Below are positions 57,083-64,000 of a DNA stretch of 64,000 nt, one piece after another; positions within the stretch are counted from its first letter, which is position 1; every line of letters starts with the position of its first letter. The position numbers and the translations under genes are program-made. Origin of the DNA: an uncultured Conexibacteraceae bacterium. Its GTDB lineage: Bacteria > Actinomycetota > Thermoleophilia > Solirubrobacterales > 70-9. The notes below the pieces were generated by a model. That model saw nothing but the letters and a program-made list of their open reading frames with translations, had not been told where the DNA came from and did not search any database. The stretch covers positions 153,393-217,392 of the forward strand of contig CAWFYJ010000005.1 in assembly GCA_963820055.1 (NCBI GenBank). The letters run 5' to 3'.

Positions 57083-57404
57083 CTGAGGCACCGAACAGCA
57101 AGAAAGATCCCCCACGGGGACCAAACTTGCAGTTCACCCCCTGACTCAGGCACCGAATGGCAAATCGGTCCCCCCAGGGCCCAAATTCGCCATTCGCCCG
57201 ACGGCTCAGCCCCTCAATGGCAATCCGGCATGCCCCAGCCGGTACGAATTGCCATTCGCAGCCCAACTCACCCGTCCACAGCCGTCCCGCCCCGCCGAAC
57301 TCACCCGCACCCAGCCGCAAGCAGCCCACCCAGGTTCCCTCCCCAGCCCAAACCAACCTTCACCGCCGCAAGCGCCTCCAACCTCGGCCCGCCCGCCTCG
57401 ACCC
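57079..57404. repeat. structured intergenic repeat element, copy B (same orientation as copy A)
   Basis: Hairpin modules at 57155-57197 and 57214-57259 (AATGGCAAT ... ATTGCCATT). CTGACTCAGG boxes at 57079 (variant) and 57141. The C-rich tail is shared with copy A. Confidence 0.8.
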
Positions 57405-58691
57405 CTACGCCGCAGTAACCCGCTCCGCCTCCTCCGGCGTCGCGGTCAGCAGGATCGCGCCCTCGCCGGTCAGGTAGGCCTCCTCGCCGTGCTGGGAGAC
57501 GTCCATCCCCAGCGCCTCCTCGTGGGCGCTCGCGCGGAGCTTCGTGAACGCCCCGACGACCCGCAGCAGCACGAACGTGGCCGCGAAGGCATACAGCGGC
57601 GTGACGACGACGGCCACCGCCTGGTCGACGAGCTGCTCGGCGTTGCCGTAGAGGAGACCGTCGGCGACCCCGTTCCAGGCGATCTGCGCGGCAAAGCCGA
57701 TGAAGAGGATCCCGGTCATGCCGGCCATGCCGTGGGCGGCGAGCACGTCGAGCGTCTCGTCGACCCGGGTCCGGGGGCGCCAGACGATGAACGCGTAGCT
57801 CGGGATCGCCGCGAGGGCGCCGAGCGCCAGCGCCCAGCCCGGACTGATGAAGCCGGCCGCCGGCGTGATCGCGACGCAGCCGACGATGACCGCCGTCGCC
57901 GCCCCGATCGCCGTCACCTTGCCGCCGCGGAGCAGGTCGAGCGTGAACCAGACGACGAGCGTCGCCGACGGGCAGAGGAACGTGTTCGTGAACGCGAGGA
58001 CGCCGGAGTCGCCCGCCGACAACCCGCTGCCGCCGTTGAAGCCGAACCACCCGAACCAGAGCAGGCCGGCACCGAGCAGGACGTAGACGGCGTTGTGGGG
58101 GAGGAGCGCCTGGCGGCCGTAGTCCTTGCGGGCGCCGACGACGAGCGCGGCGGCGAGCGCCGAGAAGCCCGATCCCATCTCGACCGGCACGCCACCGGCG
58201 AAGTCGAGCGTGCCGAGGTCGGCCAACCAGCCGCCGCCGAAGACCCAGTGGGCGAGGACGGGGTAGACGAAGACCGACCAGAGCGTGATGAACGCCAGGA
58301 ACGACCCGAAGCGCATCCGCTCGACCACCGCGCCTGACACCAGCGCCGCCGTGATCACGCAGAAGCTGCCCTGGAAGGCGAAGAAGAGCAGTTGCGGGAT
58401 CGTCTGCCCCTCCAGCGGCGCGAAGTCGACGCCGTTCATGAAGGCGTGGTCGAAGCCGCCGATGATCGCGTTGCCCTCCGAGAAGGCGAACGAGTAGCCG
58501 ATCGCGGCCCAGGACACCACGGTCACACCCAGCGCGGCGAGGCACATCATGAACGTGTTCAGCGTGTTCTTCGACCGGACCAGCCCCGCATAGAAGAGCC
58601 CGAGCGCCGGCGTCATCAGGACGACGAGCGCCGTCGCCGCCAGCATCCATGCGGTGTCGCCGGTGTCGATCCCGGCTCCCAGGCCGGTCAC
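57405..58691 (-). CDS. amt: ammonium transporter (Amt family)
   Basis: 428 aa with DTAWMLAATALVVLMTPALGLFYAG and other Amt signature blocks. Confidence 0.93.
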   Translation of the reverse strand: MTGLGAGIDTGDTAWMLAATALVVLMTPALGLFYAGLVRSKNTLNTFMMCLAALGVTVVSWAAIGYSFAFSEGNAIIGGFDHAFMNGVDFAPLEGQTIPQLLFFAFQGSFCVITAALVSGAVVERMRFGSFLAFITLWSVFVYPVLAHWVFGGGWLADLGTLDFAGGVPVEMGSGFSALAAALVVGARKDYGRQALLPHNAVYVLLGAGLLWFGWFGFNGGSGLSAGDSGVLAFTNTFLCPSATLVVWFTLDLLRGGKVTAIGAATAVIVGCVAITPAAGFISPGWALALGALAAIPSYAFIVWRPRTRVDETLDVLAAHGMAGMTGILFIGFAAQIAWNGVADGLLYGNAEQLVDQAVAVVVTPLYAFAATFVLLRVVGAFTKLRASAHEEALGMDVSQHGEEAYLTGEGAILLTATPEEAERVTAA

Positions 58692-59053
58692 GCCCAGGCC
58701 CCTCCGTCGACCGGCGTCACCGCTCCCTCGCCGGTCTCGCCGGTCCGGATCCGGACGGTCCGGTCGAGCGGCAGGACGAAGATCTTGCCGTCGCCGACCT
58801 CACCTGTCCGCGCGCCCTTCGCCAGCGCGTCGACGGTCCGGTCGACGAACTCCTCGGATACCGCGATCTCGAACCTCACCTTCTCGGAGAGCCCCATCTT
58901 CACCGTCGTCCCGCGATACGTCTCAACCCGGTCGAGCTCGCCGCCGTGGCCCTGCACGCGGCTCATCGAGACGCCCCGAACGTTCGCGCGATACAGCTCC
59001 TCCAGGACTTCGTTCGCCCGCTCCGGGCGGACGATCCCGATGACCAACTTCAA
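58688..59053 (-). CDS. P-II family nitrogen regulator
   Basis: MKLVIGIVRPERANEVLEEL ... GDGKIFVLPLDRTVRIRTGE. It overlaps the amt start by 4 nt. The T-loop is divergent (GHGGELDRVETYRGTTV). Confidence 0.88.
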   Translation of the reverse strand: MKLVIGIVRPERANEVLEELYRANVRGVSMSRVQGHGGELDRVETYRGTTVKMGLSEKVRFEIAVSEEFVDRTVDALAKGARTGEVGDGKIFVLPLDRTVRIRTGETGEGAVTPVDGGAWA

Positions 59054-59178
59054 GTTCTCCTCCTACCCCGTGGTGCGGTCGGCAGCCTCCACGAAGCGGC
59101 GGACGGATCGCCGCCGGGGCGGAGAGCCGCCGCGGTCTCCTAAAGTCCCGCGCTCGATGCGCCCCCAGGGAACAGACG

Positions 59179-60147
59179 ATGAGTGAGGCCGGGGCCGAGG
59201 GCGGCCACGGCGAGAGCACCGGCGCGATCCTCGCCGCATTCGTCGCGAACATGGGGATCGCCGCCACGAAGTTCGCCGGCTTCCTGATCACCGGGTCCTC
59301 CTCGCTGCTCGCCGAGTCGATCCACAGCGTCGCAGACTCCTCCAACCAGGGGCTTCTCTTCCTCGGCGGCAAGCGGGCTCAGAAGCCGGCGACGGCGCTG
59401 CATCCGTTCGGGTTCGGCCGCAGCCGCTACTTCTGGTCGTTCGTCGTCGCGATCGTCCTGTTCAGCGCCGGCGGCCTCTTCGCGCTCTACGAGGGCTGGC
59501 ACAAGATCCAGCATCCGGAGGCGATCGACTCGGCCGGCGTCGCGATCGGGATCCTCGTCGTCGCGCTCGGGTTCGAGAGCTTCGCGCTGCGGACCGCGAT
59601 GCGCCACGCGCAGCCGTTCCGGGGCGGCCTCGGCTGGCTCGCATTCGTGCGTCGGTCGCGCAGCCCCGAGCTCCCGGTCCTCCTCGTCGAGGACAGCGCC
59701 GCGATCACCGGCCTCACGTTTGCGCTGCTCGGCGTCGTCCTCGCGCAGGTCACCGGCGAGCCGGTGTTCGACGGGATCGGGACCCTCGCGATCGGCGCCC
59801 TGCTCGTCGCCGTCGGCGTCTTTCTCGCGGTCGAGATGCAGAGCCTCCTGCTCGGCGAGGCGGCCGTCGAGGAACAGCAGGAGGCGATCCGAGAGGCCGC
59901 CGCCGGCGTCCCCGAGATCACCCGGATCGTCTACGTCCTCACCCAGCACCTGAGCCCCGACGACCTGCTCGTCGCGATGAAGGTCGACTTCGAGCTCGGT
60001 CTCTCTGCCGCGGACGCCGGCCGCGTGATCGACGACTGCGAGGCGCGGATCCGCGCCGCTGTGCCGATCGCGACCCGCATCTACGTCGAGCCGGCCGCCC
60101 CCGACGACGGGCCGCGGTTGACGGGGTCTGAAAAGGGCAAGGGCTAG
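59179..60147 (+). CDS. cation diffusion facilitator (CDF) family transporter
   Basis: HSVADSSNQ metal-site helix, six TM helices, and a C-terminal cytoplasmic domain. Confidence 0.88.
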   Translation: MSEAGAEGGHGESTGAILAAFVANMGIAATKFAGFLITGSSSLLAESIHSVADSSNQGLLFLGGKRAQKPATALHPFGFGRSRYFWSFVVAIVLFSAGGLFALYEGWHKIQHPEAIDSAGVAIGILVVALGFESFALRTAMRHAQPFRGGLGWLAFVRRSRSPELPVLLVEDSAAITGLTFALLGVVLAQVTGEPVFDGIGTLAIGALLVAVGVFLAVEMQSLLLGEAAVEEQQEAIREAAAGVPEITRIVYVLTQHLSPDDLLVAMKVDFELGLSAADAGRVIDDCEARIRAAVPIATRIYVEPAAPDDGPRLTGSEKGKG

Positions 60148-60149
60148 GC

Positions 60150-60656
60150 ATGGAAGCCGGCGCACGCCTCGACCCCGGGAGATCGCAATCCCCACGGATG
60201 GCCGCGATCGCCGCCGGCTGGGCCGTCGCCGTAACCGCGGTCGCCCTCGTCGGCGGCCTTGCGACCGACACCGACAGCGACTGGTACCGCAACCTCGACC
60301 GCCCGTCGTGGCAGCCGCCCGGTCCGGCCTTCGGAATCGTCTGGACGATTCTCTACGCAACGATTGCGATCTCGGCGACGCTGGCCTGCCGCGATCTGCC
60401 GCGCCGCCCGCGCCGGATCGTCACCGCGCTGTTCGCGGCGAACCTCGTGCTCAACGTCGCCTGGACGTGGATCTTCTTCCAGGCGGAGAACCCGCGCGCG
60501 GCCGGCGTCGAGATCCTCTTCCTGCTCGGGACGATCGCGGGCCTGATCCGCCTGATCCTTCCCCACAACCGGACGGCGGCGCTGCTGCTCGCGCCCTACG
60601 GCGTCTGGGTCGCGTTCGCAACCGCCCTGACCTGGACGATCGCCGCTAACAACTAG
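60150..60656 (+). CDS. TspO/MBR family (tryptophan-rich sensory) protein
   Basis: DWYRNLDRPSWQPPGPAFGIVWTILY and five TM helices. Confidence 0.88.
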   Translation: MEAGARLDPGRSQSPRMAAIAAGWAVAVTAVALVGGLATDTDSDWYRNLDRPSWQPPGPAFGIVWTILYATIAISATLACRDLPRRPRRIVTALFAANLVLNVAWTWIFFQAENPRAAGVEILFLLGTIAGLIRLILPHNRTAALLLAPYGVWVAFATALTWTIAANN

Positions 60657-60708
60657 GCCGGTTGCCCGTGGACACCGGTCCGCCGGCGGCAATAGAGTCG
60701 GTCGCCGG

Positions 60709-61869
60709 ATGACAACTCGTCTCGCAGGTCAGCTCGTCGCCGTCCTCGCCGCGCTGCTCGCCGCCCTCGCCCTCGCTCCCGCATCGCAAGCGGCACTGAC
60801 GAAGCCCGAGCGGCAGCTCCAGAACCGGCTCGAGGAATTGGTGGCGACTGACGGCGGCCCGCCCGGGGCATCGGTCCTGCTTTCGCGCGGCCGCCACGAG
60901 AAGTTCCTGCGCGCCGGCGTCGCCGACGTCGAGACCGGCGCGCCCTTCCGGCGCCGCGACCACATGCGGATAGCCAGCGTCTCGAAGGCGTTCAGCGGTG
61001 CCGTTGCGCTCTCGCTCGTCGACGAAGGCAAGCTCTCCCTCGACGACACGATCGCCGAACGCCTGCCGGAGCTGCCGCCGGCCTGGGGCGCCGTCACGTT
61101 GCGGCAGGTCCTCAGCCACACCGGCGGAGTACCGAGCTTCACGAGCGACCCCGAGTTCCTCCAGTTCTTCGGCGATCACCTGCATGGCCAGATCACCAAG
61201 CTCGAGCTGATCGACTTCATCCGCGACGAGGACCTCGAGTACCCGCCGGGGACCCAGTACCGCTACTCGAACACCGACAACATCATCGTCGCCCTGTTCG
61301 CCGAAGAAGCCACGGGCCTCACCTACGAGCAGGTGCTTCGCCGCGAGGTCCTGAAGCCGCTCGGCCTCGACGAGACGAAGCTGCCCCGCGGCTGGAAGAT
61401 CGACGCGCCCGCGATCCACGGCTACGACACCCTGCCGCAGATCGACGACCTGACGACCTGCTGCTCGATGGCGTTCGTCAGCGCCTCCGGCGGGCTCGTA
61501 TCGACTCCCGAGCAGCTGACGCGGTTCATACGCGGCTACGTCGGCGGTGAGCTCTTCGGGCGGTCCCAGCACCGCGCCCAGTTCGACTTCCGCCCCGGCG
61601 CCGGCTCCGAGCCGCCCGGCCCGGGCGAGCAGTCCGGCGGCCTGGCGCTGTTCCGCTACCGGACGCGTTGCGGCACGGTCTTCGGCCACAGCGGCAACTT
61701 CCCCGGCTACACGCAGTTCGCGGTCGCCACCCGCAATGGTCGCCGCGGCCTGACGTTCACGGTCAACCGCCAGCTCGCGCCCGACGCGTCCGGCCCGCTC
61801 GCCCCGCAGGCCTTCAAGGTCCTCCGCCGCGACTACGGCCACGCCGTCTGCACGCTGCTCGGCTCCTGA
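60709..61869 (+). CDS. serine hydrolase (beta-lactamase / D-alanyl-D-alanine carboxypeptidase family), secreted
   Basis: Signal peptide, SxxK motif (SVSKAF), and YSNTD. Confidence 0.85.
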   Translation: MTTRLAGQLVAVLAALLAALALAPASQAALTKPERQLQNRLEELVATDGGPPGASVLLSRGRHEKFLRAGVADVETGAPFRRRDHMRIASVSKAFSGAVALSLVDEGKLSLDDTIAERLPELPPAWGAVTLRQVLSHTGGVPSFTSDPEFLQFFGDHLHGQITKLELIDFIRDEDLEYPPGTQYRYSNTDNIIVALFAEEATGLTYEQVLRREVLKPLGLDETKLPRGWKIDAPAIHGYDTLPQIDDLTTCCSMAFVSASGGLVSTPEQLTRFIRGYVGGELFGRSQHRAQFDFRPGAGSEPPGPGEQSGGLALFRYRTRCGTVFGHSGNFPGYTQFAVATRNGRRGLTFTVNRQLAPDASGPLAPQAFKVLRRDYGHAVCTLLGS

Positions 61870-61879
61870 TCGCCACAGC

Positions 61880-63212
61880 GTGAGCGAACCGCGCCCGAGC
61901 GCCGAACCACGCGACAGCGAGCCGTCCGTCAGGGCGGCGGTCCTCCGCTTCGCGCTCGCCGGCCTGATCGCGGTCGCGCTGATCGGCCTCGGCAGCTTCT
62001 TCCTGATGCGCCGGATCGGCACCTCCGAGGCCGTCGACAACGCCAGCGAGGTGACGAAGCTGATCGGTGAGGCGGTCGCCGAGCCGAACCTGACCGAGGG
62101 GCTCCTGAGCGGGGATCCCGCCGCAGTCGCCCGCTTCGACGACATCATCCAGGGAACCGTCCTCAGCGACCAGATCATCCGGGTCAAGCTCTGGGACGAG
62201 GACGGGACGATCGTCTACTCCGACGAGCCGCGGCTGGTCGGCCAGACAGTTCGAGCTCGGCGAGGACGAGCAGCGACGCGCTGCAGACGGGCGCCAACGA
62301 CGCCGAGGTCAGCGACTTGACCGAGCCCGAGAACCAATACGAGCGCGACCAGGGCCAGCTGCTCGAGGCCTACGCGCGGATCCGCGCGCCCGACGGGCAG
62401 CCGCTCCTGTTCGAGACTTACCAGCCCTACACCGCGGTGACCGCGAGCGGACGCGACCTCTGGCTCGCCTTCCTCCCGGCCCTGGTCCTGGCGCTGCTGC
62501 TGCTCGAGCTGATCCAGCTCCCACTCGCCTCGTCGCTCGCCCGTCGCGTCCGCGACGCTCATCGCGAGCGGGTCCGGCTGCTGGAGCGCGCCGTCGACGC
62601 GTCGGATCGCGAGCGCCGCCGGATCGCCGGCGACCTCCACGACGGCGCCGTCCAGGACCTGACCGGCGTCGCCCTCTCGCTCGAGGTCGCGGCCCGGAAG
62701 ATCGAGGACGAGGACCCCGATTCGGCCGAGGTGCTGAAGCGGAGGCGCCCGCCGCGGACCCGCGGCAGCGTCCGCTCCTTGCGCAGCCTGCTCGTCGAGA
62801 TCTACCCGCCGAGCCTGCAGCGCGCGGGCCTCGTCGCCGCCCTCGAGGACATGCTCGCCCCACTTCAGTCACGGGGGATCGAGACGTCGCTGCGAGGTCG
62901 ATCCGGCGATCGACCTCGGCATCGAGGGCGAGGCGCTCTGCTTCCGCGTCGCCCAGGAGGCGGTGCGGAACGCGCTCAAGCACTCGGGCGCCGACCACGT
63001 CGCGATCGAGCTCACCGAGGCCGACGGCGTCATGCTGATGCGCGTCCGCGACGACGGCCGCGGATTCGACGTCGCGACGGCCGGCGGCGAGGCCGGGCAC
63101 ATCGGCACCGACCTGCTTCGCGACCTCGCCGCCGAGGCGCGCGCGGAGATCTCGATCGACTCCACGCCGGGAGAGGGGACGGTCGTGTCGTCTATCTTTG
63201 CGACGGCGATGA
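61880..63212 (+). pseudogene. sensor histidine kinase (HisKA_3 / NarL-partner type), frame broken at four sites
   Basis: One reading path links three ORFs: 61880..62320, 62317..63330 and 62963..63868. Extra bases at 62249, 62277, 62893 and 63188. The restored protein has an N-terminal TM helix, the H-box RRIAGDLHDGAVQDL, and the HATPase region EAVRNALKHSGA ... DDGRGFD ... GEGT. The restored stop at 63210-63212 overlaps the regulator ATG. Confidence 0.8.
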
Positions 63213-63868
63213 TCCGCGTACTGCTCGCCGAGGATCACCCCGTCGTTCGCGCCGGCCTCGTCGAGCTGCTCGGCTCCGAGCCCGACATCGAGATCGTGGC
63301 GGCGGTCGGCGACGGCGCCGCCGCGATTGAAGGGGTAGCCGAACATGCGCCCGACATCGCCCTCCTCGACGTGACGATGCCCGAGGTGGACGGCATCGAG
63401 GCGGCCGGCACGATCCACGGCGAGCACCCCGAGACCCGCGTCGTCATCCTCACCGCCTCCGCGGACCGCGACCAGATGCTCCGGGCCGTCGACGCCGGCG
63501 CGCTCGGCTACCTGCTCAAGGACGCCTCGCCCGCGGAGCTCTTCGAGGGCCTTCGCGCCGCCGCCCGCGGCGAGTCCCCGCTCGACCCGAAGGTCGCCCG
63601 CGAGCTGATGGCCGACCGCCGCGAGGCACGAGCGCCGCAGCTGACCGACCGCGAGCGCGAGGTGCTCGCCTGCGTGGGCGAGGGCCTGCCGAACAAGCTG
63701 ATCGCCCGCCGGCTCGAAATCAGCGAGAAGACGGTCAAGGCCCACCTGACCAGCGTCTTCGCCCAGATCGGCGTCACCGACCGCACCCAGGCCGCCCTCT
63801 GGGCCCGCAGCCACGGGATCGAAGCGCCCCGGAACGACGACGGCCCCGGGGGTGCCGGGGCCGTCTGA
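63209..63868 (+). CDS. LuxR/NarL family response regulator
   Basis: MIRVLLAEDHPVVR ... receiver Asp in ALLDVTMPEVDG. C-terminal HTH LTDREREVLACVGEGLPNKLIARRLEISEKTVKAHL. Confidence 0.92.
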   Translation: MIRVLLAEDHPVVRAGLVELLGSEPDIEIVAAVGDGAAAIEGVAEHAPDIALLDVTMPEVDGIEAAGTIHGEHPETRVVILTASADRDQMLRAVDAGALGYLLKDASPAELFEGLRAAARGESPLDPKVARELMADRREARAPQLTDREREVLACVGEGLPNKLIARRLEISEKTVKAHLTSVFAQIGVTDRTQAALWARSHGIEAPRNDDGPGGAGAV

Positions 63869-63887
63869 TCGCCGTTTCCGTTCCGCC

Positions 63888-64000
63888 TTACTGGTGGTTC
63901 GGGCCGTGGTGGTGGTGATGGTGGTGATGGTGGTGATGATGCCCGGGCGGATCGTCCGCTCCGTGGCTCGCCGCGGCGACGCCCGCGCCGCCCAGCGTCA
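63888..64000 (-). CDS. 3' end of an unidentified gene with a His-rich C-terminal tail (5' part outside the window)
   Basis: Hand translation of the reverse strand gives ...TLGGAGVAAASHGADDPPGHHHHHHHHHHHHGPNHQ. The stop TAA is at 63890-63888. The frame is open to the window edge. Confidence 0.5.
   Translation of the reverse strand, partial: TLGGAGVAAASHGADDPPGHHHHHHHHHHHHGPNHQ

Noticed and set aside
6267-63212. Programmed +1 ribosomal frameshifting or transcriptional slippage as the cause of the ten frame breaks.
   Set aside because: The sites share no slippery motif, no rare or stop codon context (unlike prfB-type sites), and no downstream structure. They fall in unrelated genes, and most are not in homopolymers.
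62963-63868. A hybrid histidine kinase / response regulator fusion, as implied by ORF 62963..63868.
   Set aside because: Removing one base at 63188 yields a canonical kinase C-terminus (GTVVRLSLRRR-stop) whose TGA overlaps the regulator ATG. The uncorrected linker (SSIFATA) has no support.

Overview
This is a high-GC chromosomal segment with actinobacterial-type coding style: many GTG/TTG starts and 4-nt ATGA/TTGA gene overlaps. I count about 65 protein genes and one tRNA-Gln(CUG). I see no rRNA, no CRISPR array, and no transposase, integrase or phage genes.

Gene content is ordinary metabolism, transport and regulation:
- two heterodimeric ABC exporter pairs, one of cydDC type
- a penicillin-acylase-family hydrolase
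- two TetR-controlled divergent pairs
- two GGDEF cyclases
- a LemA-DUF2207 membrane module
- an NMT1/Ssu-like ABC importer
- an L,D-transpeptidase lipoprotein
- glutamate decarboxylase
- a PadR / zf-UBP / molybdoenzyme / reductase operon
- a siderophore-interacting reductase and YceI
- an arginine deiminase cluster (YfcC-type carrier, arcA, OTC, arcC)
- P-II plus an ammonium transporter
- CDF, TspO, and a NarL-type two-component pair

The most notable observations are:
1. A family of structured intergenic repeats built from hairpin modules (stem base AATGGCAAT/ATTGCCATT). Two copies directly bracket the arc cluster.
2. A 16-bp-stem hairpin and a 2 x 93-bp tandem repeat directly after the tRNA.
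3. Ten reading-frame breaks in seven otherwise intact genes. All behave as one extra base, and four lie in one histidine kinase. Assembly insertion errors are the simplest explanation, but this needs a read-level check.
4. Strong palindromic operator candidates in AT-richer promoter islands.
5. A conserved-looking 59-aa four-Cys ORF that falls below the ORF-track cutoff.

I found no convincing novel multi-gene defence or biosynthetic system. All product calls rest on motif recognition from memory, not on database searches.
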